Assembly (NCBI RefSeq): GCF_006345805.1
Contig: NC_043012.1
Coordinates: forward strand, 5,456,001 to 5,520,000
DNA length: 64,000 bases
Reading direction: 5' to 3'
Origin: Octopus sinensis
Lineage: Eukaryota
How positions within the stretch are numbered: the first letter of the stretch is position 1; each line of letters opens with the position of its first letter. Made by a program: the position numbers and the translations under genes. Below the pieces are notes generated by a model. The model had not been told where the DNA came from and ran no database searches. It saw only the letters and a program-made list of their open reading frames with translations. This document shows, one piece after another, positions 12,646 to 26,416 of the stretch.

Positions 12646-15000
12646 CATTAGACGAAGTATAAATAATGTCCATTACATATTTTCCTTTATTGCAATAAAT
12701 GTGATTTACAACTGTTTCTAGTAGTAATTATAGGTTCGTTATTGATAGGTTTACTCACTCAGTTCGTTAATTAGTTGAGAGAAATTGAACGACCTAAAAA
12801 GTTAATGCTACTTTCATCAGACCCATTTCTGGTTCACAAGAATACACCAAGTTCTTTATTAATCTAAGCAATATTGTTAGATAGAGGGCTTATAAAGTAT
12901 TTTGAGTGGATCAGTAATCCCTCACTAATAACTTTGTTTTAATATTTCTCTCTCTCTCACACACACACACATCATCATCATCATCATCATCGTTTAGCGT
13001 CCGCTTTCCATGCTAGTATGGGTCAGACGGTTCGACCAGGGTCTGGGAAGCCAGGAGGCTGCGCCAGGCTCCATTCTGATCTGGCAGTGTTTCTACAGCT
13101 GGATGCCCTTCCTAATGCCAACCACTCCATGAGTGTAGTGCGTGCTTTTCACGTGCCACCGGCACAGGGGCCAATGGAGGCTGATAATGGCCACGATCAG
13201 TTGGTGCTTTTTATGTCCCACTGGCACAGAAGCCAGTCAAGGCGGCGCTGGCATCGGCCATGTTCGGATGGTGCTTTTTATGTGCCACCAGCACGGGTAT
13301 CACAACTACAATTTCCATTTGATTTTTATTTTGATGTTGATGTACTTGACTCAATAGGTCTCCTCAAGCACAGCAGGTCGCCCCATGATACTTTAACACA
13401 CCTTTATTGATCATTAAACATGTGTTAAAGTATTTCTTTGTCTCTTTAACTTTTAGTCTTCTCCAAACCCACACAACAGTTTTACCATTGGGAAACCAGG
13501 GTTTACTACACTCTAACACAGCAAGGAAAGTGAGATCAGAGCCGTAGCCTACACCAGTGTTGATAACCAGCCCATTCAAAAAGTACCTTTGAATCGTCAT
13601 GTGACATGCTATACTTGAGGAGACCTATTGAGTCAAGTAAATCAAAATCAAATCAAATCACAATCAAATGGAAATTGTAGCTGTGGCTGATACCAGTGCT
13701 GGTGGCATGCAATAAGCACCATTCAGAGCTGTCTGGCTGGCTTCCCGTGCTGGTGGCACATAAAAAGCACCATCCAAATGTGGTCGATACTAGCCCTCAC
13801 CCTGACTAGCTCCTGTGCCGGCAGAATGTAAAAGGCACCATCCGAACATGGCCAATGCCAGTGCTGCCTGACTGGCTCCCATGCCAGTGGCATGTAAAAA
13901 GCACCCACTACACTCTCTGAGGGGTTGGCATTAGGAAGGGCATCCAACTGTAGAAGCATTGCCAGATCAGGTTAGAGCCTGGTGCGGCCTCCTGGCTTGC
14001 CAGTCCCCAGTCAAACTGTCCAACCCATGCCAACATGGAAAATGGTCCTTAAACGATGATTATGATAACAATTTCAGTATTAATTTGGAACCTATATATA
14101 TATATATTATACTAGCAGTATCACCCGGTGTTGCTTGGGTTTGTTTTGACCCTTTAGAATTGGAATTTTTGAAAAGTAAAAATTTTGCATTATGCAACTT
14201 GTTATTCTCTTCAAGTGAACATTTTTCCAGTTGAAATACACCGAAAAATGGTGACACAGCAGTCAAAAATCGTAAAAAATAGGGATTTTCATAGAAAAAA
14301 AGCACCTTTTTGATGTAAATAATTTTTGGTGTTAACATGGTCCGATTTGAATTTTATCTTCTACGGAAGGAAGAGCAAGCCTTCTTCTATCATACTCTCA
14401 ATTTTGGTCAACTTGCGCCACAGGGTCTCAAAGGAGATAATGTTAGTTGTAGGCTACCAAACCTGCCACACACAGACAACTTCAGCTTTGTATATATAGA
14501 TTTGCTACACACTACTTTCCATCCTTAATAATGAAACTTGGTAGATCCAAAAGTTAAACACACAGACACACTAGTTGAGTTTTATATATATAGATTTATC
14601 AACAGGGATTTAAGGGGAGAGTTTCAGGGAGTCGCTGGCGATGTATCGTGATGATCAAAAATCCGGCCTGCTAAAATTTGGTTAAAGTGATTCAAACTGC
14701 AGACTCAATATCTTGATTTTTTAATTTTCATGCAATTTACGCATGCTTGCACACGTGGTGAACACAGTTCACGTCAAACAGCTGACTGAGTAAAGTTCAC
14801 TATTCAATGCATGGGATAAGGCCTAAACAAACACATTATCGATTTTTGCACTTGCAAGATGAATTTCGGAACAGAAATAGTGCAATTCAATTTTCATTCG
14901 CCTAAACTTTAAGTGACCCATTTTTGGTGATTCTACGATTTGTTGGCTAGGAGATGTGCCGGGAAGTTAAACACACAGACACACAAGTTGAGTTTTATAT

Positions 15001-15077
<77 letters not shown>

Positions 15078-15685
15078 TAAAGAAAGAGACCTCGATATTA
15101 TGTAAATAGAGGAAATTTATCTGTAAAATAATATGTGACAATTATTCGGTAGCCAAGATAAAACTCTGAGTTTCGGGTGCCGAGGTGGAAATCCACAACA
15201 CCATCTCTTCGGTTATCTGGCCATCTGAAAAACACTATGAAAAACGACCATTATACAAAGGAAAATTACCGTGTTATAAGTCCGCTACTTACATAAAAGT
15301 GCTAATTCAATGACCGCTAATTAAAATAAGGTTAAAAGTTCATAGTAAACACGTAAGCATGAAGATGTGTACGTTTTCATAGTGATGTATACGTACGCAC
15401 GTGGGTGCGCAAGCGCACATGTGTGCATATGAGCAGGCATGCTTACATGTTTACTATGAACTTTTAACCTTATTTTAATTAGCGGTCCGTGAATTAGCAC
15501 TTTTATATAAGTAGCGGACTTATAACACAGTAATTTCCCTTTGTACAACGGTCTTTTTTCATAGCGTTTTTTCAGATGGCCAGATAACCGAAGAGATGGT
15601 GTTGTGGATTTCCACCTCGGCATCCGAAACTCAGAGTTTTATCTTGGCTACCGAATAATTGTCACATATTATTTTACAGATATAT

Positions 15686-15741
<56 letters not shown>

Positions 15742-16061
15742 TGTATGCATGTATATATCCCCATTTAACATCCATGTTCTATGCTGGCATGGGTGGGACA
15801 GTTCCACAAGGGCCAGCCAGACCAAAGCCTGCACCAGACTTTTGTGACTGTTTTGGCAGGATCTTTACAGCTGGATGCCCTTCTTAACACCAACCACTCA
15901 CCGGAGTGGATAGGTGTATTCATATAGATAAGTTCCTCCTACAAGCCTACAAAACTTTAAGTCATATAGAATGGGGCTAAACTGTTATTAAGTAATATAT
16001 GTAACTGCTACTAAATGTGGTGAGTATCATGTTTTCATTTGTCCAGTCACTCACGTGCCTG

Positions 16062-16143
<82 letters not shown>

Positions 16144-16416
16144 TATATGAAAGAATGGAGTTGAACGACTTCGGAATTAGGAATATGCAGCCTTCGAAAC
16201 ATATGTCGAGAATAAAGGATATTTGTTAACTAGTCGTTCAACTCCATTCTTTCATAAACTTATATTTTTAAAATAAACATATAAATTTCCGCATGAAGAC
16301 ACGTAGTCTATGCCCTAGGGACGTAGCTTCAACCGTGTTCTTTCTGATGTGAATTTGCTACCCAGGTATCGGTTATCTTTCGAGTTATCCTTAATAAGAT
16401 AATTCGTTCAATTATT

Positions 16417-16495
<79 letters not shown>

Positions 16496-16666
16496 ATATT
16501 CAGCACACTAGTATATTGACTATATCATCTTGCCGCCACAGGTCATTCAACTAGATGTCACTCAGGAAACTCAGTCTGAAATTATTTCTGAGTTGGAAAT
16601 ACTCTGTCAGGTAAACTATATTACATGTTCTGTCTATCTGTCTCACCACCACCACCACTACCACCA

Positions 16667-16698
<32 letters not shown>

Positions 16699-17595
16699 TA
16701 GCCTCTGCTCTTCTGAACAAGTAATCTGTATTCATACACACATACATATATACATACATATGTGTGTGTGTGTATATATATACAGGGTGTGATGTGGCCA
16801 TCTTATATCTTTAATTTCACGCATGCGCATTGTTTGTTTTTGAGTTTGTTGACTACACAGTGTAGTAGGGTCATGACACAATTCACTCTGATAGAAATTT
16901 GGAAATAACATGCTGCACTGGTTGGCATTCATGCTGGGAGCTCCAATACAAACATTTCAGAGTGTTTGGGTGTCAATCTGAGGACTTGCCATGTCCCCAA
17001 AATATGTACCAAGAGTGATAAAAATCAAGCACCTAGTCAACATCATGGTGTTTGGAGTGACCACTGGTGTGGGATGCAGTTGAGTGAAAGACCAACAAAA
17101 CTCCCTGTAACACCAAAGATGAACTGAAGGCAAGGATTATGGCAGCATTCACCAACTTAAACTAGGAAACCATCCAAAAGAGCTGCAGTCGTCTGGGGGC
17201 TGTGGTTGGAACCAATGGCAACTTTATTGAATAAATTTACTCTTTAGTATTTCTAGATATTTTTATGTAATTTTGGTTAAATTGCGGTGTCAGTGTTATT
17301 TTCATTTTTGCGTAATTTAGACACGTTTACTCACCACACCCTGTATATATATAGGGTTGGCCAAAAGTCATCTGACAGTAAATCAAAACCCATTTAATTC
17401 CAAAATTAAAACAAAAATTTATTTTATATGAGACTTCACTAATAAATAGACAAAGGTTGAAAAAAAAAAATGGTGATTTTTTTTTTCTCACAGCATTCAA
17501 TTATTAAACATTCATAATTAGAATGAATAAATAAAAATGAATATTAAGTATTTAAGGAATTTTGATTTACTGTTGGGTGACTTTTGGCCAACCTC

Positions 17596-17649
<54 letters not shown>

Positions 17650-17837
17650 TACTATTCCATGACGGTAAGATCAACAAGAAAAGTACTCCACCTGGTGAGA
17701 AATGACTATTATTTAATAAACGCAATTTATGTTTTTATGAGTTTCTAATAGTTTCATGCAATGGAAACAACTCAGACAGCATTTTATAGCACATCTGGTG
17801 CCTTCACACAATCTTCAGGCAACCATGTGTGTATATA

Positions 17838-17898
<61 letters not shown>

Positions 17899-18071
17899 AA
17901 CAATTGCAGCGTGGAAGCTGTTTATAAGCCATTTAAGAAACACACAAAAACCGTTAGATTCACTTTAACATTTAAATTTAATTTGTCAAAATATTTTCAT
18001 CGCTTTGAGACCATGATGAAAGCGATGTTAGATCAGGTCACTTGCTATGCAAGTATGTCTCTGAAAAAAAT

Positions 18072-18104
<33 letters not shown>

Positions 18105-18167
18105 ATACTATACTTGTTCCACGTCCTTGCATTGTTGTGTTTTCTCTTTGTGTTTTCATGTTTGGAT

Positions 18168-18221
<54 letters not shown>

Positions 18222-19454
18222 TTTATATACATACATAGACACACACACACATGATCAAGCAGCTACCAAAGAGATTGCCATTGGTCTACATTGGAAAAAC
18301 TTGGATTGTTCAGTATAGATTAACAAAAAGAATGCAATGAACTTGCCACTGGGAGTGAAAAACCTGGTGTTTCAGGCAAAGTTGACATCAAGTTTTTCAA
18401 AATTAGGTGATATAAAACTCCGTCGTCTCTCTTTGCTTTCACTCCTATCAACTTTACTCTGAAGAAACATTCTGTCCAAAGTGTCAGATTTTTTTCACAT
18501 CCCCACTGTACTCTTTTTGTCAATTTTCCTATACACATACATGCACGTACGCTTGTACACACACACACACACTTATGCACACATATACACACACACACAT
18601 GCTCACACACACATACACATATGTAATTCATCCATATTTTTTGTCCTTCATTTACAGTGCCATTCACCTGCTATTATAGGATTTTATGGAGCATTTTTTG
18701 TTGAGAACCGCATCTCAATTTGTACAGAATTCATGGATGGTAAGTCTCCCATGAAAACTTCCTTTTAAGTAATCTTTGAATGTACATGAACAACAACACA
18801 CTCATACACTTGTCTAAAGGTAGAATTTTGGCTCGATTTCATTCAACTATAACCTTGGAAGATGCAGAAGTGAGTGACCACATGCTTTTGTGCTTAAAAC
18901 TGAAAATAAGAATGCTCCTGCCAATTAGTGAGCTCATCATCATCATCATCATCATTTAACGTCTGTTCCATGCTAGCATGGGTGGGATGGTACCACAAAA
19001 GCCAGCCAGGCCGAAGCCTGCACCAGACTTCTGTGACTGTTTTGGCAAGGTTTTTTCAGTTGGATGCCTTTCCTAAAACCAATCACTCAACAGAGTGGAC
19101 TTCCTGCTTTTTACGTGGCATAAGCACAGGCGAGGTCAGTTTTGGCAAGGTTTTTACAGCTGGATGCCCTTCCAAATACCAACCACTTTACAGTGTGGAC
19201 TGGGTGCTTTCAAGTGGCACCTACATTGACAGGGTCACCAAGTACTTGCAAGACAAAAACTTTCAAGAGGCGAGGATGCCTTGGAAGAGGTGATGATGAA
19301 AAGGTTATAGTGAAACAGATACAGGTGTTATATTGAAGAGGAAGTACAAGGTTACACAGCCAGAGAGAGAAAGATCAGGAATGAAGACAGAAACAGGTGT
19401 GCTACCACAAAGAAAATATATGGTTGCTCCACCTGAGGAAAGGACAAAAGAAAG

Positions 19455-19500
<46 letters not shown>

Positions 19501-20005
19501 TTGGAGGCCACAGAATGGAGATAGAAAACCCTGTGGCCATTGACTTTTGTGTCTTCGAAGAGAATAGTCAAATGAAATCAGTTACTGAAGTCTACTCATT
19601 ATTTCAAAGGCTTAAACTCTGGCAATTCTGTTTTTGCATTTTTTATTCTTCAGGTGGCTCCTTAGACAAATATGGAAAAGTGCCACAGTCAGTCCTCGGT
19701 AAGATCACCTGTTTGGTTGTGCAAGGGTTGCAATATCTGTGGAGTCTGAAAATCTTACACAGAGGTAAAGTCCTTTTCAGTCTTCTTATGCATGTGTCAA
19801 AACTTGATAGAATTGTTAGAGAACTGCATAAAATGCCTTGTGGTATTTAGTTACAACCCTTTATATACAGAGATCAAATCCTACCATGATTAACTTCGCT
19901 TTTGATCCTTATGGGTCAATAAAATTCATATCAGTCAAGAAATACGATTAATATTATCAACTGTTCTCTCACCATAAAATTTCTGTACTTGTGTCATCTA
20001 ATAAC

Positions 20006-20057
<52 letters not shown>

Positions 20058-20604
20058 TATCATTATCATCATCATTATTATTATCATTATTATTATTATT
20101 ATTCCATCAAAGTCAATTTAGCCTTTCATCCTTTCAGGGTTGATAAATTCAGTACCAGTCAAGTACTGAGGTTGATGTGATCTACTGTCCCCTCCCTACA
20201 AATTTCAGGCCTTGTGCCTATAGAAGAAAGGATTATTATTATCTCTCTCTATATATATATATATAAACGGCAAAATGTCTGTCTGTATGTGTGTGTATCC
20301 TTTATACAAATCCACAATTTTCAGTTAGAGGGCTCGCACTTTCTATGGTCATTCAAAACCGTCCAAGGGTGGTCGTGCACATCTTTGCATTTCCCCAGTC
20401 ACCCCGCAAAGCCATTAAAAAATCAATAGAAGTGACTTTTTTGTGAATTTTCTATCCAAAACCCAATCAAAATGCCCGAAACTTGATACGCCAATTGAAT
20501 GCCAGCTAGCTGTATGTGATTGGTCGGAGATTTGGACTGTACTCACGTGTATGTGTGCACGTACACAGCTGTATATGCATGCACTAGTACTATTATTATT
20601 ATTA

Positions 20605-20638
<34 letters not shown>

Positions 20639-20877
20639 TATTATTATTATTAAGGCAGCGAGCTTGCAGAATCATTAGCATGCCAGATAAAATGCTTAGC
20701 AGTATTTTTCGTCTGTCATCACATTCTGAGTTCAAATTCTGCTGGGGTTGACTTTGTCTTTCATCCTTTCAGAGTCAATAAATTAAGTACCAGTGAAACA
20801 CTGGGGTCGATGTAATTAACTTAACCCCTCCACCAAAATTTCAGGCCTTGTGCCTTTAGTAGAAAGGATTAGGATTA

Positions 20878-20913
<36 letters not shown>

Positions 20914-23900
20914 GTTTGAGTTTTGCTTTACATTTGCACAAACTGGCTCCAAGTCTCACCCAGAGACCTCAAGAGACAAGTTGGAAGTTCATATTGGTGT
21001 TATGCCTAGGGTGCCATATATTTGGTTTTGTACTTAGTGTTGTACAAGTGAATGCCTAAAAAACCATACGAAAATTATGTTTGTTTTAAAACTTGAGATT
21101 ACATAGAAAGTATTTTGCGTAGGATATGAGCAGTTCCCATGAGCATTATCTTTTGAATTTCTGCCAGTTTTGGGTTTCCTGGTATCTGAGTTAGGTAGCA
21201 ATTTTAGTTGAAGAAACAAAACAATAAAGAATTATATTCAGCAATTGACAGACACATTTGTTGAAAATCAAAATCATTATTATCTCCATTGCAACTATTT
21301 AGCAAAATCCATCACAAATAAATGCAGCTTCTTTTACTTTTTAATCCTTTCTTCCTTTTTCTGTTTTTTAATTCTTTCCTTCAAAGTGAAGGGAATGGTA
21401 GTCATTTCCTTGATTTCCAAAAAGAAACAAATAGGAAATAACACTTATTGACCAAAGACAAATAAAATGAAAGTTTTGTTACACTATGTTATTCCTTTAA
21501 GTCTCAGGTTCTGCAGCTGGCTGTCATCATTATCATCATTGTCATCATCACCATCATCATTCACCATCCACTTTCCATGCTGGTATGGATCGGATGATTT
21601 GACAAGATCCAATGGGCCAAAAGGCCAAGTTGAACAGCAAACGTCAGCTTTGGCAGGGTCTCTAAGCCTATGTAAGAAAGAGTTTAATCAGTAGACTAAT
21701 AATTAAAATATTTTATGGCATTTAATTTGCATATCTTTATGTTCTGGCGTCAAATCTCACCAGGCCTCACTTTTCCTTTCATCCTTCCTAGGTTGTTAAA
21801 AATGTTTGTGTACTGGGGTCAGTCAAATCAAGTGTATACCTCCTCTTCCAACTTAGAAAACTTTTGCCTTTTGTAGAATTTCATGTCATTGTCTTTTTTT
21901 CACGTTTGCTTTTTGTGGAGGTGCATGGCTTAGTGGTTAGAGTGTTGGACTCATAATCATAAGATTGTGGTTTCAATTCCTGGACCAGGCAACACGTGTT
22001 CTTGAGCAAACCACTTCATTTTACATTGCTCCAGTCCACTCAGCTGGTAACAGAGAGTAATCCTGCAATGTACGGGCGTCCCATCCAGGAAGGAACGTAT
22101 AGTCCAGACAAACCAGGAAACCAGCCTTATGCTCCTTATGGAGCAAGGTGGATTAACCATATCATTGTTTTACTTTCTGTTTCTCCACAGATGTGAAACC
22201 ATCTAATATCCTTGTCAATTCCAAAGGAGAAGTGAAGCTATGTGATTTTGGTGTAAGCACCCAGGTAACAAAAATATATGCTTTATTTCATTTTTATTTT
22301 TGCTTCTAAGTTTGTTGTTTCTGTTGTATTTTTCTCTCTTTTTCTGTTTACAGGTGCCACATCCTTACTTCTAAAGTTCCATGCTTTGTGTTTTTAATAC
22401 TTGTTTTTTTCTCTCCCTAACCGATTGTTCCCATCTCAGGATTAATATTGCATTTGATGCCATAAAAGATACATAAATATATTGGATGCAATTTCTGTGG
22501 TGCCTATTTAGGAAAAAAGGGTTTTAGTGCTCAGAAGCAAGTAATATTTAAAGCAATCAAGGCAACAAGAATCGTTAACATAGCAGAATCGTTAACACAG
22601 TAGAATCGTTAACATAGCAGAATTGTTAGCCAAAATCTGTAGCAGCATTTCATCTCTCTTTACATTCTAAGTTCAAATTCTGCCAAGTTGACTTTGCTTT
22701 CCATTCTTTCAAGATCAATAAATTAAGTGTAAGTTGAGCACTGGGTTTGATGTAATCGACTTAACCCCTCCCCCAAAATTGCAGGCCTTGTACCAAAATT
22801 TGAAACCAATTTTAAAAGCAATCCACTAAAGTACCTTAGCTATAACTGAAAATATTACTACTTGTAAATATTATAATTACCGTGTCAGGCTTGGTAGAGG
22901 AGTCCATCTAGATTAAAATTAGCCTCTAGTAATGAATGTCAGGTATGAAATCAGCTTATGAGTGGACAAACGAAAGAAAAGGGGCACTCAACACATTTAG
23001 TAGGGGTTACATGTATTATTATTTAAAACGGTTAAAGTTTCATAGTTCTTAGGCTCCTTACAGAAACCTTGTTCGTCAGGCTCAGGTAGCTGCCTGTACC
23101 TCACAAGCTAGGCTTTTGTTAAGTTGCATGGGGGTCAAATCAAACTGCTTTGAATAATAATTATATATGCAGGGTGTGTAAAACATTTGAGGACATTATG
23201 TTCATTAAAAAACAGATATACAATAACAAACAATAACTTTATTATGAGGATTAAAATAACCTGTCTTTTCTATAATGTTATTCAATAAAGCCACCTTCAG
23301 CTTCAATAACTGCTTCTGTATGAGATCATAATCGTCTACATTCCCAAATCAAGTGTTCCTGGTTCATTTTGGACCTTACTCTGTCTATGGCAGCTTTCAA
23401 AGAATCTTTGGTGTTATGGTTGTGTTCATTGACCTCTATCTCAACAATGCTCCACGTGTAATAGTTCAGTGGATTGAGATCTGGGGAATTGTGAGGCCAA
23501 ATGTTAGGGTTTATATGATTATGAAAATTTTCAGCCATCCATTCCAGCATTACTTGAGCCTTGTGTAACAGTGCAGAGTCTTGCTGAAACACTTACTGCC
23601 CTTCATCGTGTACCCTGTTTATCCAGGGCTTAACAACTGTTTCCAGGACCTCAGTGTAAGTGACAGTTAACTCCAAGGCCTTTTGGAAAGGGGTAAGGAG
23701 ACATGTTCTTCATTGCTGACAGCCCCTGAAACCATGACAGTTGCAGGAAATTTTGTATACATAACTCTTGGAACTTCAGAAGAGCATACACACAACCATC
23801 TGTCATTTCTTCTGTTAACTTTTTGGTCTTGGTAAAAGTTTTTCTTGTTTGAGAAAAACCAAATTAAATCTGCTGAATTTTTCAATTTGTTTAAGAGCCT

Positions 23901-24510
23901 TTTAGATCTGATGTGGTTTGCTTTTGCTTTTTCTAACATAAACTGACCTTTCCTCATCATATAAGACTTGTATCTGATTTCTTCATGGACTACATTTCTG
24001 ATTGTTCCTTCTGACACATGGAAATCTTTTGCAATTGACCCCTTGGACTTTCTGGGATTGTAATCAATGGTCTGTTGAACTTTCTGGATAAATTCATGTG
24101 TTCTGATGATTTCAGAGCATCAAGAATGCTTTTTATGCTTTGATACTGGTGATATGTTTCCATTTTCAGTCTCTAACTCCTTACAAACTTTGTAGACAAA
24201 AGATCTGGCAACTTTTAAAAATTGAGATATTTCTAAATCGTTATGCTCAACCTTTAAAGCTATGATAACAGCATGCCTCTTCATTTCCTGAGGAAGCTGA
24301 TGGTCTGCCATTATTATTTTTTGAAACAAAAGACTATATAGTTAGCAAAAAATGCAGCAATGACCAAAAAATGGTATGTCCTCAAATATTTTATGCACCC
24401 TGTATGTATGTATGTATGTGTGTATGTATGTATGTATGTATGTATGTATGTATGTATGTATGTATGTATGTATGTATGTATATATATATATAATAATTAT
24501 CATTTGAGGG

Positions 24511-24553
<43 letters not shown>

Positions 24554-24989
24554 GCCATAATATACATCTGGAAGATCCTGGAAGAACTTGTCCCAAACTT
24601 TGGCATCGAGAGTTACACAAATACTAGAACTGGGCACCACTGCATAGTTCCAAGGACTCCAAATTTGCCATCAAGATGTAGGACAAGATACAGTGATAGC
24701 CTGGTCTTCAGAGGTCCACAGCTCTTCAATATCCTCCCGAAGGACCTGAGAGACCTGTATGGGATGGATGCAGATGTCTTTAAAATAAAACTGGATCTCT
24801 TCCTGTCAGGTGTCCCAGATGAACCAACTTCACGGCAGGAGGTGCAGATGAGGGCAGCTGCATCAAACTCTCTCATGCACCAAATGTCAATTGCTAAAAA
24901 GCATTTGTGAAGTAAAATCATGTAGCAACACCGAATGGCGGTGCCCCAGCATGGCCACAGCTCGTGAGCTGAAACTAGATAAAATAAAA

Positions 24990-25082
<93 letters not shown>

Positions 25083-25495
25083 CATATATATAATATATAT
25101 ATATATATATGGCTCAGTGGTTAGAGCGTCGAGCTTACGATCGTGAGGTTGTGAGCTCGAATCCTGGACCGGGCTGCGTGTTGTGTTCTTGAGCAAGGCA
25201 CTTTATTTCACGTTGCTCCAGTTCATTCAGCTGTAGAAATGATTTGTGACATCGTCACTGGTGCCAAGCTGTATCGACCTTTGTCTTTCCCTTGGATAAC
25301 ACTGGTGGCGTGGAGAGGGGAGGCTGGTATGCATGGGCGACTGCTGGTCTTCCATAAACAACCTTGCCCGGACTTGTGTCTAGGAGGGTAACTTTCTAGG
25401 TGCAATCCCATGGTCATTCATGACCGAAGGGGGTCTTTACATATATATATATATATATATTATATTATATATACATGTATATATATATATATACA

Positions 25496-25537
<42 letters not shown>

Positions 25538-25587
25538 ATTGATGTTTTATTGATTTAGGTATGTTTCTCCATTTTCTAATTTTGTAT

Positions 25588-25618
<31 letters not shown>

Positions 25619-25646
25619 ATATATAATACATATATTATATATATAC

Positions 25647-25702
<56 letters not shown>

Positions 25703-25743
25703 TATATATATACATATATATATATATATACATATATATATAT

Positions 25744-25820
<77 letters not shown>

Positions 25821-26363
25821 TATATATATAGATATATACATATATATATACATATAATATATATATAATATATATATATATATACATACAGTGTTCTTCC
25901 ACACGGTTTCCAATTACCAAATTTCAATCTCGAGGCTATAATTATCTGGAGATTGCAGTAGAAGATATTTACTTGAGGTACCACACAATGAAATCAAAAC
26001 AGGGGCCACCTGGCTGAGAAAGAGACCTCACTACCACATACTCATGCATGCTTGCACCCATCTTTTCCTCCACCACCCTACTCACCTTTATCAAGAGGGA
26101 TTTCAATTAACGAAGATCTGCATTTAATTAAGGAATTTTAGTAAAGATTGACGTCTTCCAATCTTTTTTTTTTTTTGACATTTTGAAAAACTATTTAATA
26201 GAATTTTTTTTTAATGGAATTCAAATGAAAGACAAAAATACATTTATTCATGTTTTTTATTGCTTTTTTATCTTTTTCCCCTCTTAAATGCAGCAATTTG
26301 GATGATGGTAAAATTAAAGGTAAGATGGTTTAGAGTAAATTTCAGGTTTTATATGTATGTGTG

Positions 26364-26416
<53 letters not shown>

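Noticed and set aside
22568-22632. 17-bp unit repeated about 4 times (agaatcgttaacatagc), superficially CRISPR-like
   Set aside because: No spacers; a tandem amplification of a SINE 5' segment in a eukaryotic genome.
25111-25190. tRNA-like sequences (also near 944, 21925 and 36300)
   Set aside because: They are SINE heads that continue into conserved SINE bodies and have no complete cloverleaf.
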